This document shows positions 50,523 through 62,500 of a DNA stretch of 64,000 nt, in pieces. Position 1 is the stretch's first letter. Each line of letters begins with the position of its first letter. Source of the stretch: an uncultured Planctomycetia bacterium. Its GTDB lineage: Bacteria; Omnitrophota; Gorgyraeia; 2-02-FULL-51-18; JAGOUK01. The DNA is taken from positions 12,870 to 76,869 of the forward strand of contig CAYSFB010000008.1 in NCBI GenBank assembly GCA_964430735.1, given 5' to 3'. Made by a program: the position numbers and the translations under genes. The notes below the pieces were generated by a model that had not been told where the DNA came from, made no database searches, and worked only from the letters and a program-made list of their open reading frames with translations.

Positions 50523-53500
50523 ATGAAAGCATTGGGCGTCAGCCGCTTGCGCGTTACCTCCTTTATTCTTTGCATGACTTTCGTCGCGCAGGACGCCGCT
50601 TTTGCCGCACCGTCGCCGATGCTCCCGCAACCGGCCTCTGCTTTCACCATTCCTCAAGTCGCTTTTCGACTCCCGGAATCTGTCGCCCAAATCGATGACG
50701 GCTACGCCGCGCCCAATGCCTCCAAAACACTTTTTCTTCTCCAAGACGCCCACACGAATGAGTCGGGTCAGATCAACCTGGCCAACGCGCTCCGACAGAT
50801 CCTTCCGAGCGAGGGGATCACCCACGTTTTTACGGAAGCCTCGCAAGGGGACATGTCCGTCGGGTATTTTAAAAAAGTGTTCGAGCCCAAGGTCATGGAG
50901 CCCGTCGCCATGTCGTACTTGCGCAAAGGCGTTCTGAAGGGGGATGAATACCTCGGACTGACTTCGGATCTGAACTTCACGATTTGGGGAGTGGAAGACC
51001 CTTCCCTTTATAATGCGGCGCTCGAGGCCTATAAAAAAGTGGCGGATCAGCGGACTGCTGTTCTGGGTTATCTGGACCGTCTGACGCGCACCGCCTCGGT
51101 TCTCAAGGAAGCTCTTTACGGTCCTGATTTGAAAAGCGTCGATTCGGCCCGCGCCGCGTACCTCAAGGGCGACAAACCGCTCACCGATTACTTCGAAGCG
51201 CTTCATGTGATGGCGAAAAAAACAGGGGTCTATCTGCCGCAGTATCGCCACCTCTCACGGCTCAAGGCGATTCGCTCGCTGGAGTCCCGAGTCGACTTCA
51301 AAGCCGCGGCCGCCGAACAGGATAAAGCCATTCAGTCGCTTCCGCAGCAGGTTCAATCTGATCTTCGGGCCGCGTCCCGGAAGAGCCGTTCACCGTTCCG
51401 TATCGGCGGCGACGATCATGCCGCGGACAAGGGTTTTTACGCCCTGCTCGAAGCGTCTTTGCGGGACGCCTCCGGCGCCGAAACCGCCTCAGCAAAAACC
51501 GGCTCCTATCCCGAATTGTTCAAGTATTTTTCATACCTCAAGGCTTCCAAAAAACTCGACGCTCAGGGCGTGCTGAACGAGATCGAGGCCCTTGAACGCG
51601 ACGTGTTCGGACGTTTGGCGGCCGCGGATGACGCCGCCCTTCTGGTCAAGCTCAGCAGGAACCTCGAATCGTTGACCCGGATGATTGAGCTCAAACTTAC
51701 GCCCGATGAATTCGCCGATTACCTTCGCAACGAGCCTTCATTCGACATCCGGATCATTTCCGGCTTTTTTAACAAAAAAATCATGGATCTGGCCAAACAT
51801 TACGACCGCACGGTGCTTCTGGAGGGGGAGTATTCCGAAGCTTCGGCCGCCGCCAAAAAGTTCTACGAGCTGGCGCTCGATCGCGACAGGGCCTTCATCG
51901 CCGGAACGCTCAAGAAAATGGACGCGGCCAAACTGGATAAAGCCGTCCTCGTCACCGGCGGGTTTCATACACCCAACCTCAAGGAACTTCTGAAGCGGAA
52001 GGGGATTTCTTACGTTTCGATCCGGCCGCAGGTTTCGCACGAAACAAACACGGATCGTTACGAGGATCTTCTCTTCCGGCAGCTCGCATCCGCCCAAAAA
52101 GCCGCCCGCGCGGCAACTTCTGCTCGCGCTTCCTCGTCCGGGCAACACGCCGCAATGACCGCCCACATCGAAATGCCGATCCCGGCGGTCCAGGCAGCCA
52201 GGCTCGCGATGGTCCGCGATTTTGCGGATGCGGCTCAGGCCGATAATCAAACCGTTCCCGCCGATCTGGGCGGAGCGCTCGCAGCCGCGCGTCTGGCGGT
52301 GAGATCCGGCGGCAGAAGCGCGGTGCTCGAATCACTGGAGGAGCGGGACTATCTGACGCCGGTTGTGCCGCTGGATCCGGCGACGGGTGTCGACACGGGG
52401 TATGCGACGGAGTTTCGTGAAGAGATCGCCGCCGCTCAAGGTATTTACAACCCGGGACTGATCAACGACACCTCCTCGACCGATATCCCCCAAAAAGTCT
52501 CCGAGTTTACGAATCGGTACAGGGCTTCGTTCTTCCGGATGGACAAGGATTACAACTATTTGGCCGAAGACAACAAGTATGCGTGGTTGAGGTTCAATAG
52601 AGGCAGGATTCCGGCGGAAAACGGCGGCGGTCCCAGCGGCCGTTTTGACCCGGGCCCCCGCAATCTCAGTATCAATCCTTATGCTGCGATGCCGGTCAAC
52701 TCTCAGATCCGCCTCAAACACATTGACCGCATTCAGCAATCCCTGCCGGACGAAATCCCCGTAGACGTACGGATCGACACGAATTCGGGCGAACTTATTT
52801 TAACCGACGTCGACGGGCTGGAATCGTCGCGGATTCCGCTCCTGCCCGAGCTTGCCGATAAAGCAGAAGAGTCAGCTTCTGATGAAGCGCTCCGGATCAC
52901 CGACGCTGACGGCTGGACGCGCGGCCCTTTCACAATTCTCATCATCAAAGGTGAGCGGGGCGGGGAAGCGGAACAACCCGTTGCGACCATTTTTATCAAG
53001 TCTGACCGGAGCAAAGGGGTGGTGGATGCGGTGCTGGTGCGGACAGCCGATCTGTCTCAGATGGTTTTGGACCCCGCTTTTGACGAACGGGTCGACGAGG
53101 GCCGGTTGCCGATCGGTATTTCGACCGGCCGTTCCGGATCGAATGCGTCCGTTCGGATGCGTCCGGACGAGATTCATGACCTGATCATTCTTTTTGAAAA
53201 GGATCAAACCCGTCTGAAGACAAATGCCCTGACGCCGCCGGTTGTGGACGACGTGATGTCCCAAGGTGCGGAGTTCTGGGAATCTGCGTTTCCGGCAGGC
53301 GTCGATGCTCCGGGCCTTCCGCCGGCGGCGGTCGACCGCGTATTCAACGGATTGGGCGATGCGGGCGACGCGATGTCAGATGCATTGAAGCGGCTGACTT
53401 CCGGTGCCCGGTTGGCGGCCGAATGGACGCGCAGAACCCTGCTTAAATGGGCAGCGGTCAGCGCGGGGTGGGGCGCGGTTCTGGCTCCGTTTAAAAAACT

Positions 53501-56500
53501 TTTGTACGCGGAACCGCAGAACAGCTGGGACGCCGCCGTGGACCGCACGATACGCAACTTGAGCCGGCGGATTTCGCTGGAAAAGATCGAACAGGGACTT
53601 GAAGGCGAACTGCGGAACAGAAACCTGACCCTGATCTCCGCTGTAGGATCTCCCAACTGGGGCGAAGACGGTGCGACGATCGACTCGCAGCAACAGTTCG
53701 GAATTTTTGAATTCAATTACGCGACGGGAACCGGCCGGGTCGTTAAGGACTATAAGGACGCCGCCGGTTTGCTGGCAGACCGCGAGCTCACCGCGGGGTT
53801 GAAGCCGTCTGCAGCCGGCCGGATTCAGGAATTCGTCCAGCTGCGGTTCGCCAAAACGAACCGGCCGCTGACCCAAAAGTGGTCGGACCGGTCGTTTTGG
53901 GTCCGGATCGGCAATGGACCCGCCGGTTCCAGCGGCACGACGCTTCGGTACCTGTTCCGTTATGATCACGACCGGTATCTTATGACGGACCTCGACGGGG
54001 AAGAGGTTCTGGGCTATGCCGACCGCGACGCTGTGACCAACAGCGGATTCAAATCGTTGTCTGTGGACTTGAGAGAGTGGCTCCGGAACCGCGAGGCCTT
54101 CATTGCCGGTCAGCATCGCGCTTATCCGGATGCCGCCGCCAAGGATCCCAAGGCGCTTGATGCGATCACCGAGATGAACTTCATGGTCGCCGGAGACCGG
54201 AATAATCCCGTCTTCTTGATGTCCGCCCCGTATGAAGATACGGTGCCTTCCAACGGCGGCGTTTATCGTCCGCTGATTTACGCCCCGCACTGGGACAGGC
54301 ATTCCGACGGGACATTAAATGCCAGGCCGCTGCAGATCCACACGAATCCCGCCGCGATCGTCGCCGACATGGAAGGGGATGAGCGCAGCATCGGGAACGG
54401 AGTTGAGCGGCGCGTGGCGCCCCCCAAGCGCGCGGCCGCTTACGAGGCCGTTTCCAAGGCGCTCGAAGGCGGATACTACCTCCGTCAGGACGCGGCGCTG
54501 GTGCTGGGTAACGAGCAGCTGCGCGGAAATATCGAACTTTTTGAATACCGGGGCAAGGATGCCGCCAAGTCGGCCGATCAGATCCTGAACCTTCACCTGA
54601 GAAAAATCCGAGCGCACCAAAGCCGCTTCCGGTCGTCGACCTACGGCGAGATGGCGGAAAAGCTGAAGTCTGAGGATCCGGCCGAATGGCGGAATCTGGA
54701 TCGGCAAATCCGCGGCTGGTGGCGCAAGACCGGGGAAGCCAAACCTGCGGCTCCGGCCGTCCGGGCAGTCAGCGATAGTTTGCTCAACCTCAATGAGCAG
54801 CAGGTCAGCGGTCTGCTCAACCGCTACGCCGATGATACCGCCGAATCCGGCATCATCTACGAAGAATTAGCCGGCGGAAAAATTGTCCCTGCGTTCATCC
54901 GAATTCCCGGCTGGTCCTACTCGGCGCGCAACGTTCACTTCGCTTTACTCAAGCCTTTGGCCGAGGAGCTCGACCGCCGCGGCCTGGACAGCTCCAATGT
55001 GCTCAGTCCCCAGGTCCTCGCGCACCTGCTCGAAAAAGTCCGCCAGCAGCGCCTCGACCGCGCCCGCCCCGAAGGCGCGGGCGCGCGGTTTGCGGCGGCA
55101 TCCATCGTCCGCTTTGCGGCCGATTTGGCATTGGATCTTGCGGATGCGGTGCGAGCCCTTTGGGTCGGCTGGACCCTGCCGAAGGATCCCGCGCTTCAAA
55201 CAGAGAGATTCCTGGACCGGATCGAGCAGGAGCCCATCGTTCTGCAGGCAGAGAGCGAAGAACGCGTCATCGCCATGGCCAGACGGCATCTCCGCAGGCT
55301 TATGGCCGGCTATAGTCTGGAAGCCATGCAGCAGATTCCGGCGGGAATCACGCATACGATCGACCGGGACTCCCCCCGGACCCAGTATGGCCGTCCGGAC
55401 GCTCTCAACCCGGAACACATCATCACCGAGAATCATCCGATCCTGACGATCCGCCTCACGGACGCCGAGTCGTTGAGGCGTAAGGTCCGCAGGAATGGCG
55501 CCATCGTTTTCATCGGTCCTCCGGGAGCGGGCAAGGGCGAGCAATCCAAGTATCTCCGCAGGGAGTTCGGCGCCGCTGTGATCGGCCCCGGCAACTATTT
55601 CCGAGGTGTCGACAAGCTCAAGGAGCTGGGCGGCGTCGATGTTCCGAATGACCCCAATCTGGAGTACTTCGACGAAGCGGCGCTCACACAGATTTATCGC
55701 CACATCCAGGGCATCCTCGACCGCCAAAAAGCGGATCTCGCCGACATGAGAAGCGGCGGCCTCATGAAGGACGATTCCACGATAGAAATCATCAATTATC
55801 TTCTTTCCTTCGACGTCTTTGCCAATGCGCCCCTGCTGGTATTCGACGGTTTTCCGAGGACGACCGGGCAGTATGATGCCATTCTCGAAGGCCGGGTGAA
55901 GGTCGGGGGCCCCCAGGGGCGCGCGCTGAAGATCGGTGCGCATATCGTCATGAATTTTTCTTCCGATGCAGTGATGCGGGAGACGATTGAGCGGCGCTTT
56001 CGCCGCCCCGACCGAAGCGGCCGAGCCGACGCGGACAAGGAGATCCAGAGAGCCGAGACCTACAACCGTGAAACGCGGCCGATTGTCGACTTCCTTCTGA
56101 ATCGGCCCAACACCATCCGCCTCTTTGCCGACGACCGGCATCCGACAGATCCCGCCGCCAGCATCCAGCTCGCCACAAAGGAGCTGGAGGATGGACTTCG
56201 AGCCATTGTCAACGGCGCGCGGTTGGCAGAAGGCGTCGGAAATTCGGACTTTAATTTGCTGGTCCAACATGCTGGAACCCGGATTCGTGATACGGTAGAA
56301 GCGCTGCAGTTGTCGGACGAAAAAGGACTTGCCGACGCGGATCATGAGGCGGGGGAGCAGCTTAAAAAAGTATTCGAAGTTCTCTACGCGGGAAATGTGG
56401 AAATTCTACCGGCGGCCCCAGGTCACCATACGGACATCAAGTTCATCAAAGGAGAGAACCCCAGGCGGCAGCTGCACATTGAGTTTCATCCCGCCGATGC

Positions 56501-59500
56501 GCAGAATGCGGAGCGCGAAATGGCCCGCCAGCTGGTGCGACTCGGAATGCTTCTTTTGGTTCTAGACCCATCGGTGCATAAGACCTCCGAGGCCATCCTC
56601 AATCTTCAGAGAGATCGGTTCATGAAGGCGGATATTTTGCTCACGCGCACTCGGTCATCGCACCAAGACCCGCCTTTTTCCCGCACCGACAAGATGAAGA
56701 TCGAACGCGAGATGTATCAGATCATCCAAATGACGGATGAGGAGCGTGCCGCGCATGAGGCGATGATCAAGGTTGCGCAGGCCGAAGACCGTGCCAAAGC
56801 CGAAAGACAGCGCCGGTTGGATGTCGCCGCCGGAAAAATTGAACCCCACGTTTCCTCGGCTCTCAGCCTGTACGTGAGTCAAACCACGCATATGATCGAA
56901 AAGACCCGGAGTCTAGGGGTTCTTGAGATTTCCTGGATGGCGTATGCGCCGGACGTAGTTAAAGTGATGATGATTTCGGACAGCGCGGGCCGGCAGGAAG
57001 CGCTCGCGGATCTCATGGCATCCATCATCAATGCCACGATGCAGGCGGCCGCGAAGTCCGGGCTTTGGGAAACGCCGGGACGGGGTGCCAAGTTCGATCC
57101 GATCCAGGTGCAGGAGTTGTTGGAGAACGTGGCTCAGGGATTGATCAATTTTGCACGGTCGCGCCGTGCGGCGGGCGAAGAACCCACGGATATCAAGACC
57201 CAGCTTCTTTCCGCGGCCGATTTGATTGTGCCGAACGAACAAATTTACTCCTACCTCCGTACGCCACGGTTCAACCGGTGGCTGCGTGATGCCATCGACA
57301 AGCGAAGCGTAAAAACGAATGCCTCGGATACAGTTGCGAGTGCCTCAGGGGCGGCAGAAACGGTCAAGCAAATCATGGGAGCCGTCGCGATGGCGGCGGC
57401 CAGGCCCGATTCGGCCGGTGTTCTGCTCATCGGAAGCACGCGGACCGGTTCTAAGACCCAGCTCGCGTTGCCAGCGCCATCGAGTTCGATCGCCTCGGCA
57501 TCACCCGGGTCCACATCGGCAGCCGGCCGCGCTCAGGCCGGCATGCCCGCGGCGGGATTGTTGGATTTTGTCGGAGACGCGAGAGGATATGTTTTTTCAT
57601 TCGAAGAGGGATACACGGCCAACCCTGACATTCTGGTCCCGGCGATGTCTCACGCGCTTCAGGCCGCCAAGACGGTCGAGCAGTGGCTCGCGCAGCCCTC
57701 GGACGAGTTTATCGGTGGACTCAGAATTTCTGAGCTTCTTCAAGCCGAAGACGGGCGGGTGGGACAGATCGGCCGCTGGCTCGCCTATGTGGCTTCGCTG
57801 TATTTTTACCCGAACACGTCGGCTTCCGCTGACGACGGTCGCCGCAGTCCGGGCACGATCGAAGCGGCCTGGAACGCGTTCAGGAACCGCTCCAAACTTG
57901 TCACTGACGACACCTTGATTGAAGCCATCGAGACGATGAAGAGCGTCAAGAACAATCCGACCGTCTACAGCAAAACGGAGCTGTCCTTCGCCTGGTACGT
58001 CGCGTTCTTGATCGCTTCCTATCTCGAGCCTCTTCAGGAGTCAGAAAAAAAATCCGCGGCCGAAGTGATCGATAAGACTCTCGTTGAAATGGGCGAAAGA
58101 CCCGATTACGCGGTTTTTCAATTGATCCGGGTGATCGTGGTTCAGATGCAAATGAAAGCCATGAAGTTCGACACGTCCGTTCAAACGGAAAAGCCCAAAG
58201 CGCGGCAGGCGGCATCCGCTGCGGACACATCCTCAAACCCGCAGTTTGAGCCGATCGCCGAAACCGCCGTGGAAGCTCCCCGAGGCGTTCAGGCCTTGAG
58301 GGTGACCAATACGGAAGCCAGCTTTGAGGGATTTTTGGCAAGAGTCTCAGAAATCGGTTCGTCCGCCGCCGACGCGCTGGATCAGGAAGACACAAAGATC
58401 GCGATCCCCGTGCTGCGTTTACTCATCGGCGGACATCTTGATGCCGATCCTGACGACAAGACGGGCGACTACCAAACCACGCTCCGCAACGTCAAACGCA
58501 AGACACATCCCGACATCGTCACCAAGGACGAGACGCTGGATGCCACCGCGCGCGAAACGCTGGTGGCCATGCACAAGGCCCTGAACGTTATCGAGACCTA
58601 CGTTGATTCTCCTTTGAACCTCAAGGAAACCAGGTCGGCGGTCAAGGAGCTGCGTCAAACGGTTTCCAAGCATCTTCAGTGGAAGTCCGAGATCACTCAG
58701 CGGCTGGCGCAGTCGGTCGAGGAGCGGCACCGGGAGCTGATCGAAGCGTTGAAGCAAATTGGCGAGCAGCAGAATTCCGGCATGAAGAACGTTGGCGAAA
58801 AACTGGACGCATTGACCCGTCAAATAGACGAACTGGTCAAAACGGGCCGGTCGAACTCCGAGCAGCTGAGCACTTTGTCTCAGCAGGTCCAGGAAATGAA
58901 GCAGCAGATCCGGTCGTCGGGAGAAACTCCGTCCCAAGCCGGCGCGCGGTTTGCGCAGAGCGACGCGGCTGTTGTTAAAGTGTTGTATGCGGCGCCGGTG
59001 ACTGAGAAGACCCTGAAGGCTGTGAATGCGGTGCGGACGATCGCTCAGTCGTTCGGCGGTGCGGCAGAGTTGGTTGAAGAATTTTCTGAACAAGCAGATG
59101 AGGCGTTTATTCGGGCGGCGATCGAGAAACACCGTCCCGCGATTGCAGTTTTCCGTTCTAACGTCACGTTCACTCCCGAGCTGATTGCGTTCGCCAAGCA
59201 ACACGGCGTGCAGGAACTTCTGCGGGCGGGAGCGGGTTACGACAACGTGGACTTCGAGGCCTCCGTGCGCGAGCAGATCAGTCTTGCGACCACCGGCGGC
59301 AACGCCGAGGCGGTCGCGTATTTGAGTATGCGGTTCTTGCTGGCGGCCCTCGGCGGTCAGGAAATGACCGCTTCAGACGTCGATTTTTCGAGCGATCCGG
59401 CTTGGTCCGAAGTCGGACATGATCCCGCAGACTTCACCAAGGCGCTGGCCTCCTCCGAAAAGGCGGGTCGCGGCGTGATGCCGGCCGATCAGTCGGCCGC

Positions 59501-62500
59501 GGTGTTCAAGAACCTCTCGGCGGACCAGGTCAAAGAACTTTTTGCGAAGCTCGAAGGAAAAACAATCAGCCTTCTCGCCTTCGGACCCGTCGCACAGGCG
59601 TTCGCCGCCAAACTCCAAAAGGTCAGGGAATTGACCGGTGTCAACTTCACGGTCGTCGCGTACTCGCCGGCTCTCGCGTCCGGAGACCCGTCCCGCGCCA
59701 AGGCCGCGGCCGAGCTCGGAGTGCAAATCGCGAAGACCAAACAGGAAGCGATCAGCGCGGCCAACGTCCTTTCGATCCATTATTTTGACAAAAATGATCC
59801 GGTGACCGCCGCCGAATTGGCCGGTAACGCGGGCTTGGAAGTCGTTCTGAACACCGCTCGGCTCCACTCGCTCGATCTCAAGGAAGCCCTGCCGGCGCTG
59901 CTGGACCGCGGCGTGCGCGTCTACACCGACGCCGATCTCGCCAAAAAGGGCGCTGAGCTGCCGGAAGTCGCGGAGTTCAAGACCAAACACCCCAATTATG
60001 CGCAGAACCTGATCCTGGTTCCGCACATCGGCGCGTTCACGCAGACCGCGCTCGACGGAGTCGAAGACGCCCTGCGCGACGCTCTCATTCTGTCGCTTGC
60101 CAAGCTCACCGACGAAGAGCCGACGCTCGCGGTGACGCCCGGCTTCACGCTCAACATCGTGAATAAGATTCCGCTTCTGTCGCCGACCCAAATTGAATGG
60201 AAGAAAGGTTATGATGCCGCGCGAAAAATCATCGCCACGCGGTCGATGCATGCAACTTACGGCCGCAATGCGGACATCGCGGCCCGCGACTATGGCAAGG
60301 CGGGCGATCCGCTCAGCCAGGCCTACTGGTCCGGCAAGGCCGCCGGACACCGCTCGATGGCCAGCGGCGGCCGGTACACCGCTTCCGGCGCGCGCCTCGC
60401 CTCCAAAGCCGCAACCGCCAAGTTCCTGGCTGCACTCGAGCCCTATCGGATTGCCGGTACAGAAAAGGCCCGAGCCATCCAAGGCAACTACACAAAAGCG
60501 GCCAACGAGAACCTAAATAGTTACGTGCCGCGTCCTAAAGGCAACGAATCGGGCCGCTATATCGCGCTCGACTTCGGCGGCACCAACTTCCGGGTGCTGA
60601 TCGTCGATATGAAGAACGGCAAGGTCATCCGTAAAAAAATCCACCCCTTGACGATTCCAAAGCAATTGATCACAAGCGATTCCAGCCAGCTCTTCGGTTT
60701 TATCGCCCGCGAAATCAAAAAAGTCATGGCGAAGGAAAAGTTGAGCTTGGACACCGTTCAGAACCTCGGATTTTCGTTCGCGTTTCGCGTGAAGCAGATC
60801 TCCATCGACCGGGGGACCCTGGATCATTGGACGAAGGAATTTAAAGTCAAGGGCGTCGTGGGCGAGGAAGTGGTCGGGCTCCTGAACCAGGCGCTCGAAG
60901 ATGAAGGTGTGAAGAACATCCGCGTCAGAGCTCTCGTGAACGACGTGATCGGAACGCTCGTGACGCGGCCAGATGCCGCGCTTGCCGCGATTCTGGGCAC
61001 CGGCACGAACGGCGGATATTGGGACGAGCTGACTGGATTCGCCGTGAACACCGAATGGGGTGCATTCAAAGGGGCCTGGAAAGTCGCAGCCACCGAAGCG
61101 GACCGGATCGTGAACCGCCGCTCCGAGAAACCGGGTAAACAGCTCTTCGAAAAGATGGTGAGCGGAAAATACCTCGGCGAAATCGCCAGGACCCAAATCA
61201 ATCTGTTGCGCAAGGACGGATTCTTGAAAGGCAAAGCATTACCGCGCCTGACCCGTCAGGGCGGTGTCACGACGACGATGCTTTCGAAGATTCTCGAGGA
61301 CAGGACCAAAACACTGGCCCAGGTCGGCCGGTATTTCCCCGGAACGTCCGCGAACGAGCGGAAAGTGATCCGTGCCGTGGCTCACGCCCTTTTCACCCGT
61401 TCAGCCGACCTCTTCGTCGAAGCGGTTTACGCCAACCTCAAGCTTTCCGGCGCGTACGCCAAGTCCGACGAACTGATCGTCGCGATCGACGGGTCGGTGT
61501 ACAGCAAATCGAAGTTTTATCGGCGGCAGGTCCGCCGCGCGACCCGTATTCACATGGCGCGTTGGGGATCCCGCCCGGTGCGCTATGTCCAAACGACCGA
61601 CGGCAGCGGCCTCGGTACGGCCCGCATCGCGGCCATCGCTTCCGCGGCCGCGCGCCTTGCGAATTCGAACCCGGCTGATTGGCGCATTGACGCGGTGGAG
61701 CATCTCAACAATGCCATTCGCCGGATCAAGGCCTCGGCCGCCCAGCTCAGAGCCCAGGCCCTGATACTGGAGAATGTGAAGGATAGGGATGCCAACTTCA
61801 CTGCCATAAATGCGGACATACTGGACCATCATGCGGTCATTCTGAGTAAATTGCTGGGGATCTTGGACAAGACCGGTCATCAGCATCAAAAGGCCACGGA
61901 TCCGGTCGTGCGATTAATGATCCAGGAAGATTCAAACAGAATTCTCCCCGCGCTTGAATCGATGGCTTCCAATCTCAAGGGGCAGATGTCCATCTTGGCT
62001 GATGCGCCGATCAATACTGGGGAGCCCGCGTGGCGGACCGGGCTCAAGGACGCCATGATCGACCTGATTCTGTTGGAGGCTGTCATATCCAACACCTTGA
62101 TCAACAAGAGCGAGACCGTCCCCGTGCAGGGCGAGTGGAGCGTTACGGTGTTGAGCCATGGGCCCAAGCAGCATGTGTTGATGATCCGGTCCGGCGACAA
62201 GATTGTCTGGCGGCATTACGTTTGGCTTGGGGATTATGATGATATCTCCATTTTCACGAAGCGGAATCCGGCCAAGCTGGTTGCGGGGGCGCTGTTAAAA
62301 AATTATAAGACCTGGTCGGTTGTTTCGCCTGTGAATGAAGCCGGGTTCGCTGAGGCCGTACAGGGGATTCTTGTGGCTGAGTTCGGAATGGCGCTTCGCG
62401 GCACGTCCGGCGCCCGACTGGCTAGCACCGGTAGTCTGGCGATCGCGCAGGGCGTTCTCGAACCCTATTTGAAGAATGTTGCGGCAGCGATCAATCTGCG

